From Balanoglossus misakiensis (Eukaryota > Animalia > Hemichordata), in assembly GCA_040954595.2 (NCBI GenBank), contig CM082598.2, forward strand, positions 5,223,097 through 5,287,096: a DNA stretch of 64,000 nucleotides, written 5' to 3'. The notes below the pieces were generated by a model. It had not been told where the DNA came from, did not search any database, and saw only the letters and a list, made by a program, of their open reading frames with translations. This document shows, in pieces, positions 49,676-63,134 of the stretch. The stretch's first letter is position 1; each line of letters begins with the position of its first letter. The position numbers and the translations under genes are program-made.

Positions 49676-51917
49676 ATGAAGGTCATTCACTTGGCATTAT
49701 TTGCAGCAGTAGCAGTGGCTGTGGCCGATGCAAGTAAGTGGCATATTCTTTCTGTGATTCTACAATTCGACTGCTGTCCGAAACATAGCATTTACATGCA
49801 GATCCCTTTCTTTAGGCGTGAATCCATGACATCATGACTTTTACAGAGTACATGTACACTGAATCGACCGGGTAGAAAGGAATACAGCTCATGTGCCCAT
49901 GTCGTACGTCGCGGTTAAATATACACTATTATCAGGTTATTTTCAGTCGTGTGAATTATATAGCCGACGGGCAAAGCCGTGTCCCTGCTACCTTTGCAAC
50001 ATATTTAACAAAGAGGATATATCGGTACTAGACTCTCTCACAGCCCCTCTCGTCGTCCATGCAGGCTTATAGACTGATTGCATGTGCGCTACACAACACC
50101 ATATGAAGAGCCTTGTAGCGAACCGTGGGCTGTGAGAGAGTCTATATCTGTACATACGTAGATGTCAAATTAACCCTTTCACCCAAGTTCCCTCTAACTC
50201 CACCACACACACACAAAAAAAACAATGTACATGTACTTTTTTGTATTTGGACTGGCCCATGTGTTAAAAGGATTAAACTTCTTGCAGCTAAATAACTCCG
50301 GCAACGACTTTTATTTCAGACCTTGCTCTCAACAAACCTGTCAGTGGCAAACGTTTAATTGGTGGACAGAATACATGGCCCAATCTCGTCGATGGCGATC
50401 CGACCACGTGTGCTGATTCCGGTCCACTCGTCCGTAACCCAGCCTTCAAGATTGATCTGGGCCAGGAGTATCTTGTTCGCAGTGTTAAGCTGGTATTTGC
50501 AACTGGATGCGAAAACACCATCAGTGGCAAAGGATGTAAGTGTGGCAATTGCTTTATCAACCCAGTCCACCCGTCACAGTCTATCTTCAAACATACAGCG
50601 ATCCACCCTGTATAAACCCCCATCCATCAAAGCACCAATGCTACCTAAATTAAAACCAACCGCCCATCCAACTTACCAACCACCCATCCATCCATCTATC
50701 CATCCTATCAATCCATCCGTCCATATATTGAAGAGTTCATTTGATAACTAATTTTCCTATCAAATAACATGATAATTAAGTTAGGACGTCAAGTATTGAA
50801 AAGAAAACATAATCAGTATATATATACTGCCTGGCTTGCGCAAAATCATTCACAAATATGTGAACGTGATTTGATTTTTACTCTGAAAAGGTGGCTATCA
50901 AAACACCTTGATTGAGGTTGGGGACGGTCAGGACAGGAAGCAAGACCAAGACTGCACAACGATGGACATTAACGCTGATAAGGCCAAGGGAGAGAAATTC
51001 CGTACGTGTTCGCCAGGTCCCGTTGTCGGTCGATATGTTGTATTGCTGAAGACAGGGCCGAACGACAGAGCAATACATCTTTGTGAACTGAAAGTTTTCG
51101 GGGAACCGGTTGGTGAGTGGAATTATGTGCTTGGAAAACTCGTTGCTACTAACATGCATTCTCGCCCCACCAGACTACGGATTTCTTTCGTTTCACTATC
51201 GAAATCACGTACTCTGGTTAAAATGGAGTACCGCGCTGGTATTTGAACATATTGGTAATGCATATTCATGAGATGACATCATTATAATCTGGCCAATCAA
51301 AGTGCACCTTATTCGCTCTCACTCAGACTCAGAGCACTGCCACTGGAAGCCGCCATGTTGTTTAGAATGAGATGTAATGAGATGCGTGAATTGGATGTAA
51401 CAAGCAATCTGATTGGTTGTTGGATGTACTATGAAAGCGCCTAGACCAAATACTGAATACATGGCCTTTTTGCGGGGAGCAGAGCGCTGCCGTAAAAGGG
51501 CCGTGGTTTGCGACGATGCTAACATGCGGTCATCTACTGTAAAACACTTTATTTTCGCGAGTTGAAATTTTCGCCATATCGAGAGAAGCCACTGTTTCGC
51601 GAGTATTAACTTCGTGTTCTCTTATTTCATCCACTGATCAAAAACAATTTACGCGACTTTTCATTTTCACGCTGTTTTGGCTCTCGCGTATTTCGCGAAA
51701 ATGTATTGCTCGCGAAAATAAAGTGTTTTACAGTATTTGAGGATACGCCCATTTAGCCTCGCTTTGAGTACAAATTCATGATGGTAACATGAGGGCGGTA
51801 GACTTATGAAAAGGGTGTACTACATGTAATAATCACATACCATGCAGTAGACAGTGAACGGGTACATTCGTTTGCGGGCGCTCCGTACCCACACACACAC
51901 ACACTTAACACACACAC

Positions 51918-51986
<69 letters not shown>

Positions 51987-54322
51987 CTGTACCTTACAGT
52001 CTAACCATGCAGCTGACTCTAAAAACTTTCATTTCAGAAAATATTGCCCTCAACAAACTGGTCAGTGGCAAACGCTTGATTGGTGGACAAAATACATGGC
52101 CCAATCTCGTGGATGGCGATCCGACCACGTGTGCTGATTCCGGTCCACTCGTCCATAATCCAGCTTTCAAGATTGATCTTGGCCAGGAGTACATTGTTCA
52201 CAGTGTTAAACTAAGATTTGCATCTGGATGCAAAAACACCATCAGTGGGTTAGGATGTAAGTCACTATAATATAAGTCCATCCATCCAATGTCCTCCCGT
52301 CAATTCAATCAAGCCATCACTACTTCACCGACCCAGTGCGTACAAACTACCACCTATATAACCACTCACCCATACACCCACCCACACCAAAACATTCATA
52401 CATACATACATACATACATACATACATACATACATACATACATACATACATACATACATACATACATACATACATACATACATACATACATACATACATA
52501 CATACATACATACATACACACACATGCACACACACACATACATACATGTAGTTAAAAGATAAGTCACTATATGAACTGATGGGCTTGCGCAAAACCATTA
52601 CAAATAAGTATAAATGGTCATTTGATTATTCTTCTAGGTGGCTATGTTAACAGTTTGATTGAGGTTGGGGAAGGTCGAGACTGGAGAATAGATGAAGACT
52701 GTACAACGATGAACATAAAAGCTGACAACGCAATAGGTGAAAAAACCCGAGTGTGTTCACCAGGTCCGATTACTGGTAGATATGTTGTGTTGCTGAAGAC
52801 AGGGCCGAACGACAGGGCAATACATCTTTGTGAACTGAAAGTTTACGGAACACCTGTTGGTGAGTGACTGTATTTTGGCTTCCCTGGGATGCTTGCTAAG
52901 TCTAGCGCCCTCACGCGACCATCATGAATTGGAACAACTCCAATGGGGAAACTTGACCAATCACTTCAAGGAGGTTTCCCAGTTGGCCTCGCTATGAGTT
53001 CGAATTCATGTTGGCTGCATGGGGGCGCTAGACTTATGAAAACGGTGTATGTCAGCATGATAGGCATTTTGAGGCATGCTGTAAGCATAGAATGAAGGAT
53101 AGAATTGGATGTGGATTGTTTTGCATGGATTGCTGTGTTCCCTTGGTATCAAAGGGGCGCCGGAAAGCGTCTTAAAGCTTGCCTGTCTTTTAATTGACCA
53201 CTTATTTGCGCTTGTTACAGCTGTTCCCACGTTGGCACCACCAACACCAGCGCCCCCTACGCCAGCCCCACCAACACCAGCGCCACCTACGCCAGCCCCA
53301 TCAACAGCTGCACCCCCACCAGTCAAAACAGCAGGTACGTATCATTGTATTTAGTCTACAGATAATTTGTCGAACAGGCGTGTTTATATCATGGTTGCAT
53401 ATTGCTGCCATGTTCTCCCTCTACAACACACCACCCCTACTTCCAGGGATCATAAAGCAAATTCTCAGCCATCATTATGGCCTTAAGATACCTCTGGGCA
53501 ATAACTGTTTGACTACAGGTTTGATTGACTGCATATCTCATTCCGTACCTCTCTCTACCAACCTTTATCTCTCTGTCCGTCCGTCCGGTTGCATACCTTT
53601 ATGAATCGTTCTGATCAGTTCTACACCCCTCTCATACGCCTTCTTGAGAATTGTTTTGTTTCAGAATTTACTCCTAACACTAAGGTATATTTTGCGTTTG
53701 TCAAATGACGTTTTATATATCTAAAACGATTTCCATTACACCAGTACACTCTGTAACATTTTCTATGAAGAATTTAAAAGTGACGAACTTCTCCCTCTTC
53801 ATTTAATTTCATGTGCATCCTCGGCCACAGCCCCCGTTCCTCTAAGTAAGTATACCTATATTTAAACTAAATTTAAACTAAATTCTTGTTGGAAATTCGA
53901 AAGTCTTGACCGGTGTACATACAGTACAAGCAGAGAAGCTTGCCAGTTCTGGACACCTGGTGTACCACCACTTAGCAGCAGTTCAAGACGACCCTATTCA
54001 GATTGTCATTTTCTCTCTTTTTTGATCTGTTAATTACTTTGAATGATATTGATCGTTGGACATGATTTGATGTCCTTTTATCATTACGCGAAGTTGCTTG
54101 TATTATTATTTTGTTACCTGTACAACTCAAGCCGTGCACTGCTATAATATTATAAGTGAAGGTTTCTATTTCGCACGTCTTTAGATCACCTTCTCGAATG
54201 TCATTGGAAACAATTTCACTACAATCCTTAACCATGCCAATAATGTCATTTTTTTTATATTTATAAATGCTTACAGCTACGTACATACCAACATTACCAC
54301 GTAAGGGTTAATATTATTATTG

Positions 54323-54362
<40 letters not shown>

Positions 54363-55511
54363 AGTAATGGCAAAATCGGCCATCTTGAAATTGTGTCGAC
54401 CACTCACCTAGGTAGCCAAAAATCTATTTAAAGTAGGGAGAATTGATGTTGATCGTCTTGTTCTTGTCCCGGCACGATCGGAGACCGGTGGCGCTTGTTC
54501 TCGACTGATCTTTGCATATCCTCTATTTGACCAGCATGTGAGTTCCCACCCGGTCTGCACAACGTCGCGCAAGGCAAAACTGCCACTCAGAGTTCAGACA
54601 AGTCGAGGAAGGATTCGGAGGCCTCAAATGCCGTGGACGGAGACTACACCAGTGACGCCAATTCCGGGGCGTGTTCCTGGACAAACAAGGAGTTCCAGCC
54701 GTGGTGGAAAGTGGACCTGGGAGAGTCTTTCGATATCTACGAAGTCGTCATCACCAACAGACAAGACTGCTGCCGTGAGTATTGTCTCGTTCGAATTTCG
54801 TATAGCTCATGTGGCCGCTAAGAAATAGATAATTTGACATCATACTCTCGATCAGCCTGCTCACAAGCTTTCATGGAAAGAGGGGCCTGTGTGGCAGCTA
54901 AGGTGTGTTAAGTAAATAACATTAACCAACAATAAATCGTGTGAATCTCATGTTTTTATGTATCCACCTACCAACCTACAATCTAACTTAGCAACCATCG
55001 TATCTACCTATCTACAACGGTCCTACTTACCTACCAACATATCTAACTTACCAGCCTACCTACCTACTATCCTATCTACCTACCTACAGTCCCTACCTCC
55101 CTTCCTTACTACCTACCTACCACCCTGTCTGCCTACCTCCCTGCCTACCAACCTACCTACCTATCCCTTCCTTCCTTCATATCTAGCTATTTACCTGCCT
55201 GCCTGCCTACCTACCAACCTATCTACAATTTAAAATCAGCTCTGTTGCCTTTGTTCATACATTGCTGTTATGCTTTGTTCAACTTTGCAGCCTTCCGTAT
55301 CAAGAATGCCGAGATCCGCGTCGGCGACAGCGCCAACTTCGACGACAATCCAGTGTGTGGGAGGATGATACTTGGCAGAATGACCAAGGAACAGCCTATA
55401 CACGTCAGATGTGGCTGCGAGACCGCCATGAGTGGACGATACGTCAGTATCCAACTCATCGACCGGGAACAACAGTTGCACATGTGCGAGGTTGAGGTTA
55501 TGGCTGCTTAG
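49676..55511 (+). CDS. Secreted multi-domain F-type lectin (fucolectin/FTP, F5/8 type C-like) protein: signal, FTLD1, FTLD2, (PTPAP)n linker, FTLD3; 503 aa
   Basis: Exons 49676-49733, 50320-50535, 50891-51112, 52038-52256, 52638-52859, 53221-53334, 54535-54774, 55291-55511. All phase-1 GT-AG introns, 1512 nt. Signal MKVIHLALFAAVAVAVADA. FTLD motifs NLALNKPV, VDGD..TC, IDLG, GRYV, LCELKV; domain 3 NVAQGKTATQSS..AVDG..PWWKVDLG..ITNRQDCC..GRYVSI..MCEVEV. AATAAA at 55587. Confidence 0.88.
50029..50144. mobile_element. Tiny TIR element
   Basis: Perfect 18-bp inverted ends TAGACTCTCTCACAGCCC / GGGCTGTGAGAGAGTCTA. Confidence 0.6.
51535..51735 (-). mobile_element. MITE family C copy
   Basis: Perfect TIR, reverse orientation. 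Confidence 0.82.
51890..51985. repeat. (CA)n microsatellite
   Basis: Directly visible. Confidence 0.9.
52396..52548. repeat. (TACA)n microsatellite
   Basis: Directly visible. Confidence 0.9.
54323..54362. repeat. (GTT)n microsatellite
   Basis: Directly visible. Confidence 0.85.
54960..55228. repeat. Degenerate (CCTA)n low-complexity tract
   Basis: Directly visible. Confidence 0.75.
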
Positions 55512-56778
55512 ATGACAGGGATAGTGCATAGTTGGACTTGCATTAAAGCCTCTAGAGCTGCCAAATTTCTCATATTTTATTTCCACAATAAAAATACTTC
55601 AAATATATTCACTATCCTTTAAAATCCTCGCCATTAAGCCATATAACTTGCATTTGAATCAGTTTGTCATAGCTTAGCGACGCCTACCACGATAACTGTG
55701 GACTATTTGTATGGAGGCTGATTAAATCGGTGTGACACCGTTTTAATACATAGCGTGTTCAAATTGCAACATGCAGCCACAATCGGGCATCGATCAGATG
55801 TTCATGTATACCAATCAGTAAGCTTATTTAGACGGACCAATTTAAGTTGGAAAATAAAATCATGAAAATAATAGTAGAGGATTTAATTATTAGGGTTTAT
55901 CATTAGGCCTAATTAGGAAATACGGATGATTAAGTGATACACGTTTCGCTACGTTATTGGTATTGTCATGGAAACCAAATCTTTCAAATCTGGCTAAATA
56001 AAAACCACTACAGCATCGCTAAAATTTTCAGTGTGTTTACTTGCCAATGAAAAGGGAGCTTCGAATAATTATAGTTAGTGTCTCACCGACTGACTGACTG
56101 GTTTGACTTTTAATTTGGTAAACTTTCACAACCCTGTTTTTGAAAATATATATTACCAACGGTTATTATGATATGTGTCTTTAAAACTTGAACTGTTGGG
56201 CAGGGTCGTCCTTTCATAGGTCAGTGCACTTTTCAAACCTAACTGCACACTAAGGGAATCCAATCTGAAAACTCCACTTACGCCCACATAGAATCTAAAT
56301 GACCACATTGTGTTGAATCGACCCTTGTCCGTAGCATGAGTATCCTGCTCGGTACGACCAATCCCCTGGACTCCAGCAAGCAAGCAACCAGACCTCAATC
56401 GTTGCAAAGGTTATTTACAATCCCCCGAATAAACGTATAAATCCCTTTAAAGATTCATTGGCTGTAGGCCTACAGAGAGTACGTCGTACGACTATTTTAT
56501 AAATCAAATACCTGGCCGCTATTCAAGGAGCTTGGGCGATAAATTGCGTCTTACCTCAAGGATTGTCACTGTAATGAGCGATGACCAGGGCATATTAGGC
56601 CTATCTTTATCTCTCTGTCATCGTCAAATAGTCACGACCTGGAGATACAACACGAGTAATTAAAATGTTATGTCGTGCATTTTGTGCGCAGATTTGCCCT
56701 GGTTTTTAGGGACACCAGGAAAATATGCAGTACACGTGAAACCTTGCGGCGTCTCATGAATATACATATATGTAGGCC

Positions 56779-56906
56779 TATGTATGTATGTATGTATGTA
56801 TGTATGTATGTATGTATGTATGTATGTATGTATGTATGTATGTATGTATGTATGTATGTATGTATGTATGTATGTATGTATGTATGTATATGTATGTATA
56901 TGTATG

Positions 56907-56938
<32 letters not shown>

Positions 56939-57010
56939 TGTATGTATGTATGTATGTATGTATGTATGTATGTATGTATGTATGTGTTTGTGCGTGCGTG
57001 CGTGTGTGTG
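56779..57010. repeat. (TATG)n microsatellite
   Basis: Directly visible. Confidence 0.9.
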
Positions 57011-57919
57011 AGTGTTGGTGACGCTGTCAATAGCACTGTTATCATAAAACACAGTAATCCAGATATGAGGAAAGTAGACCTCAGCTCGAGATGAGTGGTA
57101 CGTTTATCATTATGATAAATGGCCTTGTCAGATTAGCGTTTGTTTAAGGTGTGTAAATTTGGCCCTCGAGTGGGTGACTCTGGAATGTGACAATATTGTC
57201 GTCCACTCCACGCGTGCCATTCGGCAGTGTTAGTTGGAAACACGGAGGGTGAGTTGTAAAGGGTGGGGGGTTTGGGAGGGGGGTTTGGACGATGAGGAAT
57301 CGGCCATGTTGAACAGCGCACCCAACGTTCCGAATCCTTGTGTTGTCATCGTCTGCTTGCTGTTTTTTTGAGCAAATGTGTGCGACGTTTATCGTTCAAC
57401 AGGTTGTTAATGTCTGGTACGGGCAACTCTAAAATTCAGAACAAGTCGTAGTATCTCATAAATGACTCAAATGGATTATTTGTCATTCCTTGCGATCTGT
57501 CGAAATTATGCCGTACCTGGCCTGGGCGCGCCATAAAGTTTCCTATCTGAAAACTCAATCCAAAAGAGTCGGCCAAAAATATGTCAATCTCGACTGACAT
57601 CAACGTCGCTATAGGTCGACGAAACCTCATTAGCTAGGCAAGGACCCTGAGTGTGTAGGAATTAGAACTCCACCGAAAAAGATATTAGTTTTCCTAGAAC
57701 TGTAAAGCTCTCATATATGGAAAAACGTGACGAATCTGATATATTGGGGCCCGGACTACAATTTTATGGTAATTTTTAAAATTAATTTCGGGCATGTCGC
57801 TGCATGTAGGGTCAACGAAATCCCTATCCGGGCGCCTGTCTGACATAGCCAGTGGCACCAAGCACGATATAAAGGTACGCACAGCGTTGTTCAGTTGTGA
57901 GAGAGGATATTATGATCTG

Positions 57920-57980
57920 AGGTCAAAGGTCGTCCCCGGCCAGGTACGAACAGTGTCGCCGATACCGCCCCATATATAAA
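57920..57980 (+). promoter_or_regulatory. Sulfotransferase promoter: DR1 nuclear-receptor element and TATA box
   Basis: AGGTCA-A-AGGTCG at 57920-57932, TATATAAA at 57973-57980, ATG at 58124. Confidence 0.55.
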
Positions 57981-58123
57981 GAGACCAGTCGGGCAGCCTC
58001 AGGTATTTGTATTCCAGCGGAGCGTCATAGCACAGGTCTGCGGGCGTAGTGCGTTTATGGATTAGGACCACCGAGACTTGAACACGCTCAGCCGAACAAG
58101 TGAAACACCGCGCAAGGAAGAAA

Positions 58124-60438
58124 ATGGCCGACGACAGCGACACATCACCCTGGAAGAAGTCCTATTTTTTCAGGAAGAATTACCTCTTGCCGGCCATCAT
58201 GGAAAAGAATAATATCGAAACAAATGTGAAGAATTTCGAGGTCAGAGATGACGATGTGTTTCTGGTGACATATCCCAAAGCCGGTAAGTAACAGATTTGA
58301 GCCGCACAGTTCGTCATAGTTATGCATCTTACCATGTTTAGTCCGCTTTGAAGCAAGCGGAAAAAAACCCACAAGATACTGTAGTCTAAGTTTGTCGTGT
58401 CCGACGTTACCGAGAACTGCGCTCGAACAAAACAAAACCATAGACGACGGAAATACGTTGAATTAAAACTCATTGTCGACTCCAACATGCTTTTCTTTCA
58501 ATACAAAAGTGTTTGACCAGTCAAGCATGTACGTGTCGGCCCTTGCACTAGTTGAATTAGATCAAGGTCACTGTATAGCTAGCCAGGATGAATAAGACTA
58601 GTGTGAAGGAACGTGCTGCAGTGTGCTTTGAAGGAAGCTTGGTTTAGTCTGAGGAGCGGGGACTTCACTGCGATAAGATAGAATTGTTTGACAAAACCTA
58701 TGCATGCGCATGTTTTCTTCATGACTGAAGATAGTGCCTGCGGGCAGGTAACTACAGTCTCTCTGTGATGTGACTAGACACCGGCGGTTTGCAGCGAAAA
58801 TTCTGCATATTTGTGAAAGCACAGTCAAATCTGTGTTAGTGGCCACCTCTATGTAGTGGCCACTTAGTTACTAACAGGTCATGTGCAATTAACATGTACA
58901 TTAATTGACCTGTATATAAATGCCACCTGTCTATAAAGGCCAGTTTAGGAAAGTCCCTTGACTGGCCACTATAGGCAGGTTGGACTGTACTATAGAGTGA
59001 TAGTTTGTACGAATTAAAGAACTTGTAATAGCAAAGAATGGAATTATATAATATGAAGCATCCGTTTTGCGCCGGGATAGAGTGGGGAATGTGTCGTGTG
59101 CCTATATCTTTGTAGGTTATATTTTGGCGTTGTCGTCCCCTGCATAAAACTTGCCGGTTCACTACACCGTCGCTGGTTTGTTTGTTGACATTTCGCTGTT
59201 GCTTTTTTGTCAGGCGGCAGGTTATGGATGGGACAATACAGGTCGTGTTTGACATGTACCTCTTTTGCTGGAAAATTTGTCTGTCAGCTGGAGGTTTATT
59301 CAGTAGACTTGCACCAATTCTATGGGCTTAAATATGCCATCATTCGATGAAATTCCAGCTAGAATTCGTCCAGGTTTATAACTGTAGTACTAGTGTGTGT
59401 GGAGTGAACGCATATGTCATGGGACCTCGTACCGAAACGCAGCGGTACCGAAACTTGATTCGTTCCTTGCATAGTGGGGGTCACCCCCAGGCAAAAGCGT
59501 AATATGTACAGTAAGGAAAATAAAGCGACGGCGAATAACTGAGCTTATAAAGACCAAAAAACACCAAGCGAGTAGTGGGCTAGTCTAGAGGTTTACCAAC
59601 TCAATCCTTCCACAGACTTGTCTTGGTGTAGACTCGGTGTTTAAAAACTCACCAAAATGAATAATCGGTGTTTACCATTTAAGCAAGATTTTTACTCTCA
59701 TATCCTACAAACAGGATGGAAGTTGTGTGTAGTTGAACGTTGATTCACTATATATCCACATGTACATTAACATAAACGGTGTCTTGTATCAAACATAATT
59801 AAAAGGGCAGTGAGAGAGAGACTTTGTCCCTTTAACTATAGCTTTGTGGCTGGAAATTTAAAGGACGCGTTGAATACGACGTGTTGAGATTCTAGCTGTC
59901 GGAATTTATAATATAAATGATATTTGTCATCCAGTTGAGTATCACGGCGTACTTGCGGTCTTTGGACACGGTGATTACCTGGCCGACGTCGGCATTCATC
60001 AAGCCTGTGTCAGAACCTGCTAGGGACCTACCTACTTACGCCCCCTCCCCTTCCTCCCTCCCCCAAGGTCACGGTACGGTCGTTACATATCTGGCCGAGT
60101 CGTGTTGTTCAGCGATGGTATCTACGCCGTCGTGTTTTTTTTCTCGGGTGATGAGTTCACTGACACGGTCGTATGATCAGATAAATGTGATTTCGACAAG
60201 TTTGCGCATCCTTCAAAATACGTGTATATCGCTCGTGTAGACATAACGTGGGTAAAGATAGTATAGGCGTCAATAGTGGAAACTTATCAACTGACACGAG
60301 TGGTATTGATTGGTGAATTGTGCGTTAGTTCTATTCGATAAAACGTATAGCCCAGTCTCAAAGATTCTAAGGGCTACAACTAAGGGCTACAAGTCTCAAC
60401 ATCTTCTGATAGATGTTTTGCCTAAATATATCCCCCTT

Positions 60439-60476
<38 letters not shown>

Positions 60477-62041
60477 TGTCTGTCTGTCTGTCTGTCTGTG
60501 CCGTTGAAAGTCTGTAATAATCTAAAATGCTGGCGCAGTGTCGATATTCAAACTTTTCCAAAGAGGTTTGTCTGTTTATCTGAGCTGTGTTTTATTAATT
60601 AATTAAATAATGTATTTATTTATTTATTTGTTTGCGTGCTTGCTTGTTTGTTTGTTTATTTGTAAGTGTGGTTATTTATTTACTTGTTTGTTTTCGGAAT
60701 ACAGTAATCATGAATTTTCGAATAAACCTCACTGACGTCATTCTTACGTCACAGGCACCAACTGGACGATGGAGATCATCGACGCCATTCAACACATCGA
60801 CAACTTGGATATTCTCAAGGAGAGGACTCTGATGGACAAAATGCCCATGCTGGAACTGGGACCGTCCGTCCACCCCGATCTTGTAGAAGTCGGTATCACG
60901 GACGTGCCGTCCTGCGTTGAGGCGTACTTGAGCAAAATCCCTTCGCCGAGACGTGTTCCAACTCACCTGCTGCCTGACCTCTCGCCAACCGAGCTGTTCA
61001 CGAAGAAGCCCAAGGTAAGTGGTCGGGTCAGCCTAGACTAGGCAACTAGTCGCTTGGCGATTTTTAAATCTCAATACTTTTTTGTGGTTTCGATGGTTTT
61101 TTTGTCTTAATAAATAATTTCAATACTGTGTTGCGTGCATGCTTGCCTTGAGCGTGTTTTTGGTAGTGAGGTGAGTTTCGAATTTGGGACTGAGCTTGTG
61201 GTTTCGGGTAGCGTCGTATTGGCCTACGCGTTCCCTACACATAATGACTTGGAGCCAGTTGGTTCGGGTATGCAAAAGTGTATAGGCGGTCTGAAAACCC
61301 CGAGTGCCCTATATAAAAAGACGAGTATTAACCGCACAGGCATTCACCATAACAATACAAGTAACTGGGCTGTATAGTGGCCGCCCCTGTAGAACGCATA
61401 ATAACTTCAAGACTTAACGGATTTAGGTCAAGGATTACTTAGGCCGGGCATGGGTGGGATGTCTTTCACCGGCGAAGTTCGGGTTTCGGATACCAGTATA
61501 CAACGCGTACATGCATGAGCCCTATCCTTGCTTTGTTGTAAACCTGCACCAAACTCAACAAAGCCCTTTTTAATCAACCTTCACATCATTTGCGGTCTCC
61601 GCTCGCATGCGAACCAAGCATTGATTGCACTCGCCGAGTTAAAGTACGCCTCGCTGATAACTGACCCGGATTCACGCTCACTGACCTTCAAACACCCGAG
61701 GTCAACCGGGCACTCGCCGAATGTTCAATTAAATACCTTTATCGCTCATTCATTCGTTGTTAGTTTTACGAGTGCAGTTTCAAGCGTCGGCGTCCTGTTT
61801 TTGACATTTAAAGAAATTGAGAGAAGAGACGGACCAGTTCTCGCTTACAAAGTGGTCTTTTTTGTCCAACAAGCGAAATGTACGGTGTTTGCAAACTCTA
61901 TTGTATTTTACACCACTATATTTTCTGTCCGGGGCAATATGACATGTAAAACGTTGCGCATATCTCCATTACCATGCCCCGTTTCCCATGCCCCCCTCCA
62001 ACCTGTCGTGTATCTTCGCGTCCATCATCGCCATGTCTGAT

Positions 62042-62076
<35 letters not shown>

Positions 62077-62083
62077 TCCCTCT

Positions 62084-62127
<44 letters not shown>

Positions 62128-62893
62128 ATTTTCTTTCTCCCTTTCTCTCTCTATGTCTGTCGGTCTGCCTATCTCTCTGTTTGTCTCTCCGCATGTATTT
62201 CTCCGCAGACCATACTGGTGGACAGGAACCCAAAGGATTGCCTGGTCTCCCTTCTAGGCTGGCACGCATCAACCCGTTTCCTAGAACCCATCGAGTGGGA
62301 CCAACTCGTCGATGCGTACTTGCGAGGGCACAGTAAGTTGGCTACGCAAACACTCAACAGTAATACGCGACAATGTGTAATAATAAAACCATACCGTGAC
62401 ACACGGAATTTCGTCCTTCAATTTGAGGGGTGCCAGTATATTGATTATTTTACGCAAATCAGCACCATGTTTAAAGGGACAAAGTCTCTCTCTCACTGCC
62501 CTTTTTCCATCCATTAATTATGTTTGATACAACACACTGTTTATTATTCTACATGTGGATATATAGTTGAATCAACGTTCGACCACACACAACTTCCATC
62601 CCACTTATAGACACGAGAGTGAAAAACTCACCAAAATGAATAATCGGTCTGTACCATTTATTCATTTTGGCAAGTTTTTTACTCGAGGCTCACATCCTAC
62701 AAATGATCATTTGAGAGCTTTCACCCACCTGTTGCTTTTGCCTGGGAGCGCCCTCAGGCGACACGATATGACTGACCCAATGCTTCGCTCCGTTGCAGCT
62801 GAATATGGTGATTATTGTGACTTCACGAAAGCGTGGGCGAAATACAAGGACGAGCCCTGGTTACTGTGGCTGCGATTTGAAGACATGAAGAAG
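58124..62893 (+). CDS. Cytosolic sulfotransferase (SULT family), first four coding exons, 3' part beyond the window
   Basis: Exons 58124-58283, 60755-61014, 62209-62332, 62799-62893 (phases 1,0,1,0). [20 protein letters not shown] (5'-PSB loop), SPRRVPTHL (catalytic His), RNPKDCLVS (3'-PB motif), YGDY..W..LRFEDMKK. Confidence 0.92.
58820..58989 (+). mobile_element. MITE family D copy
   Basis: Similar to 31267-31432. Confidence 0.72.
59645..59835. mobile_element. MITE family A, half copy
   Basis: Ends GACTTTGTCCCTTTAA. Confidence 0.72.
60440..60500. repeat. (TG)n/(TCTG)n microsatellite
   Basis: Directly visible. Confidence 0.85.
62044..62150. repeat. (CT)n polypyrimidine microsatellite
   Basis: Directly visible, upstream of the SULT exon 3 acceptor. 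Confidence 0.85.
62471..62703. mobile_element. MITE family A, partial copy
   Basis: Starts TTAAAGGGACAAAG. Confidence 0.72.
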
Positions 62894-62922
62894 GTACATG
62901 AGAAACAACCTTGAATAGAGAT

Positions 62923-63134
62923 TACCGTAAAACACTTTATTTACGCGAATTGAAATTTTCGCGATATCGAGAGAGGCCACTGTTTTGCGAGTATTAATTT
63001 TCGCGTTCTCTTATTTCATTCACTGCATCGTTATCTTCAAAAACAATTTATGCGACTTTTTATTTTCACGCTATTTTGGCTCTCGCCTATTTGACGAAAA
63101 TTAATTGCTCGCGAAAATGAAGTGTTTTACAGTA
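62923..63134 (-). mobile_element. MITE family C copy
   Basis: Reverse orientation. Confidence 0.78.

Noticed and set aside
56153-56407. 84-aa minus-strand ORF between the lectin and SULT genes
   Set aside because: No recognisable homology and no convincing exon chain.
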